NCBI GenBank assembly: GCA_963772705.1
Contig: CAVYYH010000005.1
Coordinates: forward strand, 218,939-282,938
Length of the DNA stretch: 64,000 nucleotides
Direction: 5' to 3'
Source: an uncultured Bacteroidales bacterium
GTDB taxonomy: Bacteria; Bacteroidota; Bacteroidia; Bacteroidales; VadinHA17
Positions within the stretch are counted from its first letter, which is position 1. Every line of letters starts with the position of its first letter. A program made the position numbers and the translations under genes. This document shows, piece after piece, positions 45,640 to 57,400 of this stretch. The notes under the pieces are model-generated. The model was not told the DNA's origin, did not search any database, and saw nothing but the letters and a program-made list of their open reading frames with translations.

Positions 45640-47160
45640 ATGAACGATAAAAGAGTCCTGCTGATGATACTTGACGGCTGGGGTATAGGTGACGGATCAA
45701 AGAGCGATGTCATTGCCTCAACCGGCACTCCTAATATTGATGAGCTTAAAAAGAGATACCCCTCTTCCTTTCTTCTTGCCTCGGGAGAGAATGTGGGTCT
45801 GCCTGACGGACAGATGGGCAACTCTGAGGTAGGTCACCTGAACATTGGCGCAGGGAGAGTTGTGTATCAGGATCTGGTGAAGATTAACAGGGCTTGCCGT
45901 ACCGGAGAGATAAGGTCAAACCAGGCGCTTGTTGATGCATTTTCATATGCCCGTGACAAAAAGGTGAAAGTCCATTTCCTGGGTCTGATCTCTGACGGAG
46001 GGGTTCACTCACTCGACACTCATCTTTACGCTCTCTGCGACATGACAATGGATTACGGGCTTAAAGATGTCTTTATCCATGGGTTTGGTGACGGCCGTGA
46101 CACAGACCCCCGAAGCGGCAAGGGCTTCATGACGGAGCTCATCGGTCACCTGAAAAACAGCAATGGAAGGGTTGCGTCATTTGTAGGAAGGTATTATGCC
46201 ATGGACCGCGACAAGCGGTGGGAGCGCATCAGGGATGCTTACGAGCTTCTTGTCGCCGGCAAGGGAAAGGCTGCCGGGAACATAATCGATGCAATTCAGG
46301 AATCATACGATGAGGGTGTGACAGACGAGTTCATAAAACCTATTGTTGTCACTGATGATGCCGGCAAGCCTCTTGCAACAATCACAGAGGGTGATGTGGT
46401 TATCTTCATAAACTTCAGGAATGACCGCGCACGTGAACTGACGATTGTGCTGACGCAGAATGACATGCCTGAATTCGGCATGAAGAAGATGCCGTTGCAT
46501 TATCTGACAATGACCCCTTATGATGACAAGTTCACCGGGCTGAAGGTTATCTTTCCAAAGGATAATGTTGAAAGGACTATTGGTGAAGTGCTCGGAGAGA
46601 TGGGAAAGAGTCAGCTCAGGATAGCTGAGACGGAAAAATATGCTCATGTGACATTCTTTTTCTCGGGAGGAAGGGAGAAGGAGTTCCCGCTCGAGGAGAG
46701 AGTGCTTATCCCTTCACCCAGGGTGGCAACGTATGACCTCCAGCCTGAGATGAGCGCATATAAGGTCAGGGACGCGGTGATTGAAGAGATAGGGAAGAAG
46801 AAGCATGACTTCATTTGTCTGAACTTTGCCAATGGAGATATGGTAGGACATACTGGCGTTTACGGTGCAATTGAGAAAGCTGTCAGGACAGTAGACGAGT
46901 GTGCCGGCGACGTGGTAAGGGCTGCCCGGTCAAACGGTTATGAGGTAGTTATAATCGCTGACCACGGCAACGCTGATTATGCAGTAAATCCTGACGGATC
47001 AGCAAATACAGCCCACTCGCTCAACCCTGTGCCCATATACCTTATCAGTGAAAGGTACAGGAACGTAAAGAGCGGGATACTTGCAGATGTGGCTCCTACT
47101 ATCATGACGATGATGGGGCTTCCGGTACCTCCGGAGATGACTGGTCAATCGCTGGTGTGA
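45640..47160 (+). CDS. gpmI: 2,3-bisphosphoglycerate-independent phosphoglycerate mutase
   Basis: 'LMILDGWG', '[13 protein letters not shown]', 'ADHGNA'. Confidence 0.93.
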   Translation: MNDKRVLLMILDGWGIGDGSKSDVIASTGTPNIDELKKRYPSSFLLASGENVGLPDGQMGNSEVGHLNIGAGRVVYQDLVKINRACRTGEIRSNQALVDAFSYARDKKVKVHFLGLISDGGVHSLDTHLYALCDMTMDYGLKDVFIHGFGDGRDTDPRSGKGFMTELIGHLKNSNGRVASFVGRYYAMDRDKRWERIRDAYELLVAGKGKAAGNIIDAIQESYDEGVTDEFIKPIVVTDDAGKPLATITEGDVVIFINFRNDRARELTIVLTQNDMPEFGMKKMPLHYLTMTPYDDKFTGLKVIFPKDNVERTIGEVLGEMGKSQLRIAETEKYAHVTFFFSGGREKEFPLEERVLIPSPRVATYDLQPEMSAYKVRDAVIEEIGKKKHDFICLNFANGDMVGHTGVYGAIEKAVRTVDECAGDVVRAARSNGYEVVIIADHGNADYAVNPDGSANTAHSLNPVPIYLISERYRNVKSGILADVAPTIMTMMGLPVPPEMTGQSLV

Positions 47161-47166
47161 CGCGTT

Positions 47167-47754
47167 ATGCTGCAGATTGATGACACCATAGTATCACTGG
47201 CGCTCATTGAAAAGAAGTTTGCATGTGACCTGGTTGCATGCAAGGGCAGCTGTTGCCGTTATGGTGACTCCGGCGCCCCCCTGGCAGCAGCCGAGGCGGC
47301 TGAACTGGAAAAGATAATGCCTCAGCTAAAACCATACCTGCGCCCGGAGGGGTTAGGTGCAATAGAGGCCACCGGCTCAAGCATGACTGATATTGAAGGC
47401 GAACTTGTCACTCCCCTTATTAATAACGAGGAGTGTGCATACACGGTCATTGAAGAGGGGATCTACAAATGTGCAATCGAGATAGCCTTTCATGCCGGTG
47501 CCGTCACCTTCAGAAAACCCCTGTCATGTCACCTGTTTCCGGTAAGGGTAAGGCAGTACAGGGACTTCCGGGCAGTGAACTATGAAGAGTGGCCTATTTG
47601 CAGACCGGCAGTGGCAGCAGGTGAAAGAATGCAGGCAGGGCTGTGGGTCTATCTCCGTGAGCCGCTTTTACGGGCATTCGGAGAAGAATGGTATGACAAG
47701 CTGCGGTTTGCAGCCGAGGAATATAATAAAAACAGAGAATTATGGAAGAGATAA
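47167..47754 (+). CDS. Cys-rich hypothetical protein (DUF3109-like)
   Basis: 'CDLVACKGSCCRYGDSGAPL' cluster; recalled family resemblance only. Confidence 0.5.
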   Translation: MLQIDDTIVSLALIEKKFACDLVACKGSCCRYGDSGAPLAAAEAAELEKIMPQLKPYLRPEGLGAIEATGSSMTDIEGELVTPLINNEECAYTVIEEGIYKCAIEIAFHAGAVTFRKPLSCHLFPVRVRQYRDFRAVNYEEWPICRPAVAAGERMQAGLWVYLREPLLRAFGEEWYDKLRFAAEEYNKNRELWKR

Positions 47755-49118
47755 GAAACTACATTCAGGCAAACAGGGAGAGATTTCTCGACGAACTCTT
47801 CGGACTGATCAGAATTCCTTCCGTCAGCGCAGCTGAGGCTAACAGGAATGACATGGTACGGGCTGCGGAATATATCCGTGACTTGCTTCTCAGCAACGGC
47901 GCTGACCGTGCTGAAGTTTATGCCACCGGGGGTCATCCTATCGTATACGGCGAAAGGATAACCGATCGCTCATTGCCGACGATACTGGTCTACGGACACT
48001 ATGATGTCCAGCCTCCTGAACCGCTCGACAAGTGGGTCACTCCTCCTTTCGAGCCAGAGGTAAGGGATGGAAAGATCTTTGCCCGGGGTGCCGATGACGA
48101 TAAAGGGCAGCTCTTCATGCATCTGAAGGCCTTTGAAATGATGAACGCAACAAATACTCTCCCCTGCAACGTGAAATTCATGATTGAAGGTGAAGAGGAG
48201 ATAGGGTCGGTAAACATCGCAGCCTTCTGCTCCGAAAAGAAGGAGATGCTGCAATCAGATGTGATACTTGTCTCTGACACTACAATGATATCAGTTGCTA
48301 CACCTTCAATCACATCAGGCTTACGCGGGCTCTCATACATTCAGATTGAGGTCGAGGGGCCAAACCGTGATCTCCACTCAGGACTATACGGAGGGGCTGT
48401 GCTGAATCCCTGTAATGTTCTGTGCGAGATAGTCGCCTCCCTCAAAGACTCTGACGGAAGAGTGACGATCCCCGGATTCTATGACAATGTTATCGTACCT
48501 TCTGACACTGAGCGGGCTAAGATGGCTGAGAGGCCTTTTGATCCTGAAGCATACAGGAAGTCCGTCGGAGTGGAGGCACTGGCAGAGGAGAAAGGATTCT
48601 CACCCATGGAGAGCGTTGGCATAAGGCCCACCCTCGATATTAATGGCATGTGGGGTGGGTACACGGGCGAGGGAGCAAAAACAATTCTGCCTTCGAAAGC
48701 TTCAGCCAAGATATCGATGAGACTCGTCCCTGACCAGGAGGCGGAAGCGATAGCAGAACTGGCTATTAAGCATATTAAGTCACTGGCTCCGGCAGGGGTG
48801 AAAATAAAGGCTGAATATCTTCACGGCGGACAGGCATATGTAAGTCCTCTTGATACCCCTGAATATCTCGCGGCTGAGAAAGCTTATGAACAGGTATTCG
48901 GTAAGAAGCCCATCCCTGTCAGAAGCGGAGGCAGTATCCCGATCATCTCAACATTTGAGAGTATTCTCAATGTCAAATCGATACTGATGGGGTTTGGCCT
49001 CGAGGCAGATGCCATTCATTCGCCAAATGAAAACTATCCTCTCGAGAACCTTTTTGCAGGTATGGAGGCAATACCGTTATATTTCAGGTATTATACCGAA
49101 ATGAAGAAAAGGGGCTGA
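47742..49118 (+). CDS. M20-family dipeptidase (ArgE/DapE/ACY1/CPG2/YscS group)
   Basis: 'VYGHYDVQP', 'ARGADDDKG', 'GEEEIGS'. Confidence 0.85.
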   Translation: MEEIRNYIQANRERFLDELFGLIRIPSVSAAEANRNDMVRAAEYIRDLLLSNGADRAEVYATGGHPIVYGERITDRSLPTILVYGHYDVQPPEPLDKWVTPPFEPEVRDGKIFARGADDDKGQLFMHLKAFEMMNATNTLPCNVKFMIEGEEEIGSVNIAAFCSEKKEMLQSDVILVSDTTMISVATPSITSGLRGLSYIQIEVEGPNRDLHSGLYGGAVLNPCNVLCEIVASLKDSDGRVTIPGFYDNVIVPSDTERAKMAERPFDPEAYRKSVGVEALAEEKGFSPMESVGIRPTLDINGMWGGYTGEGAKTILPSKASAKISMRLVPDQEAEAIAELAIKHIKSLAPAGVKIKAEYLHGGQAYVSPLDTPEYLAAEKAYEQVFGKKPIPVRSGGSIPIISTFESILNVKSILMGFGLEADAIHSPNENYPLENLFAGMEAIPLYFRYYTEMKKRG

Positions 49119-49120
49119 CT

Positions 49121-50386
49121 TCAGTCATGATCACTCCTGAGCCTCAGCAGCTCGACCTTTGTTGATGAGCTTTTGAGTACCGTGAACAGGTGTCGTCCTA
49201 CCCTGACGTTATCCTTTTGCTTTGGGATATTTCCATGAACGTAAAGAATCAGTCCTGCCAGGGTCGTGTATTCATCGCTCTCAGGCAGGTCGAGGTCATA
49301 TTCCTCATTGAGGTAATCAATGTCGAGGCGCCCGGAGAATACATATTCGTTATCACTTAACTGTTTCTCGACGAGATCGCTGGTGTCATGTTCATCCTCT
49401 ATGTCACCCACGATTTCTTCAAGCACATCTTCAATCGTTATGACCCCTGCCGTACCGCCGAATTCGTCAACGACAAGAGCGATGCTCTTTTGCTCTTCGG
49501 TCAGCAAACGGAGCACCTTGCTGGCTGTCATCGTCTCGGGGACCACAGGCAGTTTTCTCATTCGCGATTCTATCTCCACGGGCTCCCTGAGAATATCCTT
49601 CAGTTCATAATAGCCGGCCATGTTATCAATGTTTTCCCTGAACAGCAAGATCTTTGAGTGGCCTGACTCAATGAATTTATTTCTCAGCTCACTGGCAGTG
49701 CAATCAACCGGAAGAGCATCAATCTCGGTTCTTGGAACCATACACTCGCGGGCTTTGACGAACGAAAAATCAAGTGCATTCTGAAAAATCCTCAGACTGT
49801 CATTCTCCTCTTCTCTCTCTTCTTCGGTCGCAACCATGTCGTTAACGAAATGATCCAGGTCGACACGTGTGAAAATCCTGTTTTCCTGCTCTTTGAGCAG
49901 GGTCTTCAGCCCGAAGAACAGTCTTACGAGAATATTGCTCAGCCAGAGCGAAAGTTTACTGAACGGCAGGAAGAAATAATAGAATGCCGCAGCGGGCAGA
50001 GCAAAGAATCTCAGGAAAATATTCGGGTTCTGCCTGATTACTGACCTGGGGATGAATTCTGCAAAGACAAGAACAATAAGGGCGATGGCAATGATCTGGA
50101 TCACAACGATCACTGCTGCCGAAGCGACTACGCCTGTAATGGTTCTTTCTATGAATGAGGCTGAAAGTATACTGAAGATGACTATGACGAGATTCACGCC
50201 GGTGATCATTGCAACGGTGAACTGTCCGGGATTACGGGTAAAGACATTTATGATACCTGATCCTTTCTGACCTTGTTTGCGGTCAAGCTCCAGCCTGAGT
50301 TTATCTGAAGCGAAGAATGCCAGCTCCATCGCTGAAAAGAATGACGCGAGCAAAAGAGTGACAGCAATGATAATAAGCGGATTCAT
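49121..50386 (-). CDS. CNNM/CorC-type membrane protein (DUF21 + CBS pair + CorC_HlyC), GldE-like
   Basis: Four N-terminal TMs, CBS region, C-terminal transporter-associated domain. Confidence 0.85.
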   Translation of the reverse strand: MNPLIIIAVTLLLASFFSAMELAFFASDKLRLELDRKQGQKGSGIINVFTRNPGQFTVAMITGVNLVIVIFSILSASFIERTITGVVASAAVIVVIQIIAIALIVLVFAEFIPRSVIRQNPNIFLRFFALPAAAFYYFFLPFSKLSLWLSNILVRLFFGLKTLLKEQENRIFTRVDLDHFVNDMVATEEEREEENDSLRIFQNALDFSFVKARECMVPRTEIDALPVDCTASELRNKFIESGHSKILLFRENIDNMAGYYELKDILREPVEIESRMRKLPVVPETMTASKVLRLLTEEQKSIALVVDEFGGTAGVITIEDVLEEIVGDIEDEHDTSDLVEKQLSDNEYVFSGRLDIDYLNEEYDLDLPESDEYTTLAGLILYVHGNIPKQKDNVRVGRHLFTVLKSSSTKVELLRLRSDHD

Positions 50387-50395
50387 CCCGCAAAG

Positions 50396-50578
50396 TTAGC
50401 TATTTTTTCGCTGGCGGTCACGTATCCACGCCAGGGTGAAGGCTGCAACCGACATGACAAGGAAGATCCATGCCCTGCCGAACCCGTTGATAATCATCTC
50501 CCTGACAGTGATAACAAGGCAAAGGATGCCGAGTATGATCCAGATTATTTCAATTGCCAGTAGTGCCTTTTTGTTCAT
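50396..50578 (-). CDS. small two-TM membrane protein
   Basis: 60 aa with two clear hydrophobic helices; nested between the lptC-like and CNNM genes on the same strand. Confidence 0.45.
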   Translation of the reverse strand: MNKKALLAIEIIWIILGILCLVITVREMIINGFGRAWIFLVMSVAAFTLAWIRDRQRKNS

Positions 50579-51132
50579 TGTCTATATATATTGTTGCACT
50601 GACATTTTTAATTTTCCACTTTGTAAGACGTGGATCGGATTCGAAGCCTGTACCCATGATGATCTGATCCTTTCCGGTGATCCTTACGAATCTGTCAGAC
50701 CAAACGCTCTCCCTGGGTTCACTCCAGAACAGAAGCTCCGTTTCAAGAATATCCCCCTCAGTGTTGACTGCAACAACGCTGTCGCGTAACTCCCATTGCT
50801 TGTCCTTTTCGGTATAACGTGCATATTTTGATGAAATGCTTGCCTGGGGCTCTGTCTTCTTGTCATAGAAAAGCACAGTAAGACCTTCCGGAAAGAGGGT
50901 ATGAGGCTCATCACCGCCCGGTATACTGGTTTACCAGTGGTGAGCGTACCACGAGGGTGACCTTACCCGAATCAGAATACATAGTCTCGATGTTCCTGGC
51001 GGAGAGAGACGGCAGTTCTTTTATTGTAAGTTCTTTCAGAACCTCTCTCTTCTTCTCACATGAAAAAAGAAAGACAGTCCCGGTTATCAGGACTGCCGTA
51101 ATAATCTTGATATATCGTCTGTCTGCTGACAC
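50550..51132 (-). pseudogene. lptC: LptC-like (OstA-fold) periplasmic protein, reading frame broken once (+1) near 50911-50922
   Basis: The N-terminal ORF (signal/lipobox 'VFLFSC') ends 'VNQYTGR*'. The continuation '(G)DEPHTLFPEGLTVLFYDKK...' is open in the +1 frame. Confidence 0.6.
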
Positions 51133-51138
51133 AGGCGT

Positions 51139-52467
51139 CTACTCTTTTCTGAACCTGACGGTGGTTGATTCATTGACCCATCCGCCAACCTGGTATGAAG
51201 CTCCTTCGTCGACCAGGCTTCTGAAGAACGCCTCCTCCTTGGTAGGAAAGAGCCTTGAATAGATGGCTATTCTCTCATCTGCCTGCTCCTTTAGCGTGGG
51301 GTCAGTGTTTCGTGCCCTGATGAGGTAATCCACAACCACCCAGTATACAGTCTGGTTGTCGAATGATTCTCCGATTCGCGCACCTGCATATGACTCTGCA
51401 ATTATAAAGAGTGCATTGCCATTTTTATTATCAAGCGAATAGGCTGTTTTGGCAAAATCGCGTGCAGCCGGCTTGTTGTCTGAGGTAAGCTCGAGAGTAG
51501 CCAGCTTGGTAAGCAGCGAAGACTTTGTCAGCGGGTCGGACTCAAGCCCGATGGCCTCGGTATAGTATTTCTCGGCTTCAGTGTATTTCTTGCGCGCCAT
51601 GTTCATCTCTGCCAGTTGGGTGGCCGAGGCTGACGTTCTCTCGAAGTCGTACAGTAATGTCGTTACCTTGAAATAGAGCTCAGATTCTTTGCATCCTGCC
51701 TCAGAAAGAAGGGTACTTACCTTTCTCAGCATTGCAGTGTCATTAGGGTTTGCGTCAACGCCCGACGCGAATATGTTTTCAAGGCTCTGGCAATCTGCCG
51801 CACCGCTTGACTTGAATACGGCATCGATGTTTTTCCTTGCATTGAGATACCGGGCATCGTCAGGCTTGTTCAGAATCTGAGGATTGATGGCCGACATGGC
51901 TTCCGTATAGGCACTGATTACTTCAGGTGACTCAATAACATTTAACGAGAAACACTTGGCTGCAACAGCCATATAGAGTGTTGAATAGGTATGATCAAGG
52001 CTCTGCGGAGAGGTCCTTACCACCTCTTTGATCAGATCGAATGACTTTTTGGCTAAGACCGGATCATTCCCTCCCAGTTCATAAAGAGCGATAGATTTTC
52101 TCAGGTTGTTCGCCGAAGCCTCATTGAAATACTTAGTGCGCTGATCAAGTATCATCATCAGGGTATCTATATAAGCCTTATTGCCTGATTTGCGATAAAA
52201 ATCCTTGTACATGGTCTCACCCTTGATATAGGTGTTTTTTGATGAGCCGGGGCATTCGTTAAAAACCGGCCTCCAGAACTGGACCGCCATGTTATAGTCC
52301 TTGTTATCGTAATATGTGGAATAGAGCGATGTGTTCCGGAGACATCTCAGGCTGTCATCACCACGTCCGAAGGGTGTACCTGTTTCAACGCCTTTCTGAG
52401 CAGGAGCTGTAAGACTTAGCGCTGCAAGGAGTGCTCCCGTTAAGATCGTGCTGGCTGTTATTTTCAT
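51139..52467 (-). CDS. secreted TPR-like repeat protein
   Basis: Signal peptide 'MKITASTILTGALLAALSLTAPAQ'; helical-repeat composition. Confidence 0.55.
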   Translation of the reverse strand: MKITASTILTGALLAALSLTAPAQKGVETGTPFGRGDDSLRCLRNTSLYSTYYDNKDYNMAVQFWRPVFNECPGSSKNTYIKGETMYKDFYRKSGNKAYIDTLMMILDQRTKYFNEASANNLRKSIALYELGGNDPVLAKKSFDLIKEVVRTSPQSLDHTYSTLYMAVAAKCFSLNVIESPEVISAYTEAMSAINPQILNKPDDARYLNARKNIDAVFKSSGAADCQSLENIFASGVDANPNDTAMLRKVSTLLSEAGCKESELYFKVTTLLYDFERTSASATQLAEMNMARKKYTEAEKYYTEAIGLESDPLTKSSLLTKLATLELTSDNKPAARDFAKTAYSLDNKNGNALFIIAESYAGARIGESFDNQTVYWVVVDYLIRARNTDPTLKEQADERIAIYSRLFPTKEEAFFRSLVDEGASYQVGGWVNESTTVRFRKE

Positions 52468-52483
52468 CTCTTTATATGATAGT

Positions 52484-53767
52484 TTACTCGTATTTTGCCT
52501 TGAGGAACCAGAAGTCATACAGACTCAAACTGGCTCCGACCGCTATCCTGGTCTCCTTGAAGTAGGTCTCTTCAACACTGCCCTTGGTTGAAAGATCCAC
52601 GAAGAAGGAGGCCCGTGATCTCGACCTTCTCATCGGTATACCTGCTCCAAAAGTTATGCCGTACTCTTTGACCTGTACCCCCTCATAGAGCGAGTAACTC
52701 TCACCATATCGGCCTCCAATGCGGTACTCAATACGATTGAAAAAACTGTAATTTGAGTACTTGTCAGGGATAAATTCTGCTCCGGCATGTATCGAAATAG
52801 CATCCGTATATGTGCCGTATGATCCTGGCAAAGATGCTTGTGACCATGCTGAGTACTCTATGTCCGCAGCGAAAGTGAATTTCTCGAACTTATTGAATGA
52901 TATCCCTCCGCGCAACGTTCTTGGCAGGATGCTGGTCGTATCAGTCTGCTCATAATAGAGTGTATCAAATGACAGGCTGGAGCTCTGAAGATTTGAGTAC
53001 CTCAATACTATATCATCATATTTGGTCTTGAGATTATACTCGGGGGCATAGGTTATCCCAAAATTGACAGACCTGTTGCCCTGCAGGGGAAGCATGAACT
53101 GACCCGATAACTCGTAGCTGATCCCATTCAGCAACTGGTTCTCCATCTTTCTGGTATTGAAATAGTTATTATCAGCCAGGAAAATGAAGTCGTTATATCT
53201 GTTTATCTCTCCGAAAACGATAAACATGTTTATACCTGCTGAAAAGTATTTCACCGGGCTGAAGGCAGTTCCCATGTAGAACTTCTGATAACCACCTATC
53301 CCTTTGTGCTGTTCAAAAATATCTTCATCATCGCCCGACCCTCCGTCGATGGTTGACCTTTGAACCATGGTGTAGTATGCATTCGTAAACGGCAAAAGAC
53401 CGGTAGAGAATCCCCACCCCTTCATTATCGGGAAGCCAAGGAGAATGTGCCTGAAGTTCATGTTTGAGGAGTAATAGGTGTTTTCATTGTCCTCAAGCTT
53501 TACTCCTGCGATGTCGAGAGCAAAGTCAAAAATAAATGAAGCTGTATCGATTGCGCTGTATGATGCAGGTGTAAGAAAATTCAATGTGGTATTGCTCCTG
53601 ATCCCACTGCTGACACCACCCATTCCTAAAGTCCTTATCGTTCCCTGAAGCTCAAGATTGCCTATGCCGTAACGTGCAAAAGGTGATATGACATCCACCT
53701 GTCCTGACATTATTGCGGTCTGGAACGATACAAGGCACAGCAGGAATAACTTTCTGGTTTTATACAT
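52484..53767 (-). CDS. outer-membrane beta-barrel protein (putative porin)
   Basis: Signal peptide, amphipathic beta pattern throughout. Confidence 0.55.
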   Translation of the reverse strand: MYKTRKLFLLCLVSFQTAIMSGQVDVISPFARYGIGNLELQGTIRTLGMGGVSSGIRSNTTLNFLTPASYSAIDTASFIFDFALDIAGVKLEDNENTYYSSNMNFRHILLGFPIMKGWGFSTGLLPFTNAYYTMVQRSTIDGGSGDDEDIFEQHKGIGGYQKFYMGTAFSPVKYFSAGINMFIVFGEINRYNDFIFLADNNYFNTRKMENQLLNGISYELSGQFMLPLQGNRSVNFGITYAPEYNLKTKYDDIVLRYSNLQSSSLSFDTLYYEQTDTTSILPRTLRGGISFNKFEKFTFAADIEYSAWSQASLPGSYGTYTDAISIHAGAEFIPDKYSNYSFFNRIEYRIGGRYGESYSLYEGVQVKEYGITFGAGIPMRRSRSRASFFVDLSTKGSVEETYFKETRIAVGASLSLYDFWFLKAKYE

Positions 53768-54479
53768 TATAATCCAATAAATAATTTAAACCATCAGTCA
53801 CCAGATCAGGGTAAAATGCCATTTTCCTGTCTGCGAAAGATGATATTAGTTCACCGTCACCTCCCGTGATTACGACTGTGAGGTTTTTGTGTCTTTCTTC
53901 AAACGTGCGAATATACTCATTTATTTCAAATGCGAGACCCATGATCACCCCTCCGGTTATTGCATCTCCTGTTGATTTTCCGGGGAATGTGAACTTCCTG
54001 CCGGGCTCTGCCAGTGGCAGCCGGCCGGTGTACTCATGGAGGGCCCGGAATCTCATTGAAAGGCCCGGGGAGATACTCCCTCCGAGGTATGTCTCATCTG
54101 CCATTACATCAATTGTCAATGCACTGCCGGCATCTATCACCAGGAGATTGGCCCCCGGATGATGAAGCATCGCACCGGCAGCTGCCGCAAGACGGTCAAC
54201 ACCCAGGGTCTCAGGCGTCTTGTAATCGATACGAAAAGGATACTGCGACTGCCATGTCAGGTGATGGACCACCGTGGCTTTGCCATTAAGAAACCTAAGC
54301 AGTGGAGCCGGGTCTGTGTTTACGCTTGATACAATCGCCCCCTTGACTGACCTGTCACCCAGAAAACTAGTGATATGAGCTGTGTCATCTCCTGTGAACC
54401 TCTCCTTCTGAATCATAGCCGTCCCGTCATACAAAGCGGCTTTTGCAGCAGTATTTCCGATGTCAATGACGAGGTTCAT
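53760..54479 (-). CDS. coaX: type III pantothenate kinase
   Basis: 'LVIDIGNTAAK', 'VIDAGSALTID', 'ITGGDG'. Confidence 0.9.
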   Translation of the reverse strand: MNLVIDIGNTAAKAALYDGTAMIQKERFTGDDTAHITSFLGDRSVKGAIVSSVNTDPAPLLRFLNGKATVVHHLTWQSQYPFRIDYKTPETLGVDRLAAAAGAMLHHPGANLLVIDAGSALTIDVMADETYLGGSISPGLSMRFRALHEYTGRLPLAEPGRKFTFPGKSTGDAITGGVIMGLAFEINEYIRTFEERHKNLTVVITGGDGELISSFADRKMAFYPDLVTDGLNYLLDYNV

Positions 54480-57400
54480 GATCTTGTTGCTGAAGACTGG
54501 TTCTGTGTATGAAATGAACGGATCTTATCAAACAGCGCTATTGCCTGAGCAACTGATGTTATCTCACGCACCGTAAGGCTCAGCCTGTTATTATTCTGTT
54601 TCACACTCATATGGCTCTGTTTCCTGTTCACGTAATTCATCACAGAAACAAACAGTGAACTGCGATAGAATTGTGATGAAGGGTCGTTTACAAAGTTAGC
54701 AACAAGTGTGTCATTTTTCAGAATTATCTTCTCGATTCCCGTAGCAGATGCAACCCATTTGAGTCTTACAAGATCAAGCAATGCCATCGCCGGTGCAGGC
54801 ATAGGCCCGAACCTGTCCCTGAGCCGTGTCGCGAAGGAAGCCAGAGCTGTATCATCCCTGATCTCGTTGAGCTCCTTGTAAAGTCGTACTCTTTCCGGAA
54901 TACTTGATACATATTCATCGGGAAACATTATCTCGAGGTCGGTATCGACAGTTACATCACCGGCATATTGCTTCACTTCCGCAGAAACATCAGGCTCCGG
55001 TTTAATTTTATCTTTCCTGAATATATCTCCGAACTCCTCTTCTTTAAGCTCGCTGACGGCCTCGTCAAGTATCTTCTGATATGTTTCATACCCCACGTCT
55101 GCAATGAATCCGCTCTGTTCCCCGCCAAGGAGGTTTCCTGCACCGCGGATATCCAGGTCCTGCAGTGCAATGTTGAACCCGCTGCCCAGTTCGTAGTTCT
55201 CCTCGATGGCCTTCAGCCTTCTTCTGGCTTCATGTGTCAGGGTTGAGAATGCCGGCGCAAGGAGATAACAGAATGCCTTCTTGTTTGATCTGCCCACCCG
55301 TCCCCTGAGCTGGTGTAACTCGGAAAGTCCGAATGTATGAGCATCATTGATGAAGATCGTGTTGGCATTGGGGATATCCAGTCCTGACTCTATTATTGTT
55401 GTGGCAAGCAGTACATCGTAATCGCCCCTGATAAAATCAAACATGACGTTTTCCACCTCCGCACCCTCCATCCGGCCATGAACGACTGCAGTTTTAACAC
55501 CGGGACAGATACGGTTTATCATATCCTGTACCTCCCTGATGTTCTCGATCCTGTTATTGATGAAAAACACCTGTCCGTTCCGGCTCACTTCATACACAAT
55601 GCCCTCCCGTATTATATCTTCATTGAAGCCGTGTATCTCGGTTATTATGGGCATCCTGTTTGGCGGGGGGGTGGTGATGACTGACAGGTCACGTGCTCCC
55701 ATAAGCGAGAACTGCAGGGTGCGGGGGATTGGGGTAGCTGTCAGGGTGAGGGTGTCTACACCGGCCTTCAGCTGCTTTAACCTCTCCTTAATGGCTACAC
55801 CAAACCGTTGCTCTTCGTCAATGACAAGCAGTCCGAGATCTTTGAACTTTACCTCCCTGCCAGTAATCTTATGTGTTCCGACGATTATATCTATCTCACC
55901 ATCAGCAATTTGTTTCAGTATTCTCTTCTGTTCAGCCGGTTTACGGTGTCTGCTTATGTAATCAACCCGGCAGGGGAAGTTTTCAAGGCGGGAAGTGAAT
56001 GTCTTATAGTGTTGCAGGGCCAGGATTGTTGTAGGCACAAGCACTGCCGTCTGCTTGCCGTCAGTGGCAGCCTTGAAGGCTGCCCTTATAGCCACTTCTG
56101 TCTTTCCAAAGCCGACATCACCGCATACAAGACGGTCCATCGGTGTCGGCGACTCCATATCTTCCTTGACCGCAACCGTGCTTGACAGCTGGTCAGGGGT
56201 ATCTTCGTAAATGAATGAAGCCTCAAGCTCACGCTGAAGATACGAGTCAGGTGAAAAAGCGAACCCTCCTGATGCTTTCCTGAGTGCGTACAGTTTGATG
56301 AGGTCGCGGGCAATGTCCTTAACCTTCTTTTTCGTGGCCTGCCTGAGCTTCTGCCAGGCTCCGGTGCCCAGCTTGTTTATCCGCGGCGGCGTATTGTCTT
56401 TACCCTTGTACTTTGATATCCGGTGCAGGGCATGTATCCCTACGAAGAGTATGTCATTGTCTTTGAAGACCAGTTTTATGGCCTCCTGAGTGCGGCCGTT
56501 GACCTCAATCTTCTCAAGGCCCCCGAAGCGGCCTATGCCGTGATCAACGTGCACGATATAATCTCCCGGATTAAGATCAGTCAGCTCTCTCACAGTCATG
56601 CTGTCACGCCGGGTGAAAAAGCCTTTTATCCTGAACTTGTGGTAACGGTCAAAGATCTGGTGGTCAGTGTAAACCGCAATACGAAGGTCATGGTCCGTGA
56701 ATCCCTGGTGCAGGTTAAGCAGCAAGGGGGTGAACTCAGCCATCGGGTCGGTCTCTGCAAATATCTCCTTCAGGCGCTGCTCCTGCAAGGCACTCTCTGA
56801 AATGATGAAGTTGCTGTACCCATCTCTCCTGTTGGATGCCAGTTTTGAAGTGAGCAGGTCGAAATTCTTGTTGAACGAGGGTTGTGGCTCGGTGCGGAAG
56901 GTGACAGGTATGCTTTTGGCCTCACTGCGCCCGCTGCCGAAGGATACCCTGCGGTGTCCGGAGCATAGCTCCTCAAGGTGCTTACCCGTGATAATTATAT
57001 CGCGGCGGTCCTTTATCTCACCCCTGCTGCTCCTGGTGGTGGCCTGTGACCAGATGGAGTCAGTCTTTTCAATTATATAGTCAAAGTTTTCACTCCAGAT
57101 GATTGACGACGGGGGAATAAAGTCAATGAAGCTGTCTGTGTTTTCGTGGAAGGCGAGCTCCTGTATATCAGGTATGACCTGGATCTCTTCATGCATCTGG
57201 AGCGATAGCTGATCGTCGGGACTGAATGACCTGATTGATTCCACCTCCTCACCGAAGAAATCGATACGGTACGGCTTCTCAGCCGAATATGAGAAGAGGT
57301 CGGTGATGCTGCCTCTGACAGAATATTGTCCGGGTTCATACACAAAATCGGCCCTCCTGAAGTTATACTCCCTCAGGACTTCCTCCAGGAAATCAATTGA

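Noticed and set aside
40107-45640. The STAND/HEAT pair as a horizontally acquired genomic island
   Set aside because: There is no integrase, transposase, flanking tRNA or direct repeats. Codon style looks like that of the neighbours by eye. I therefore describe it as a chromosomal two-gene module, not a mobile island. Composition was not computed.
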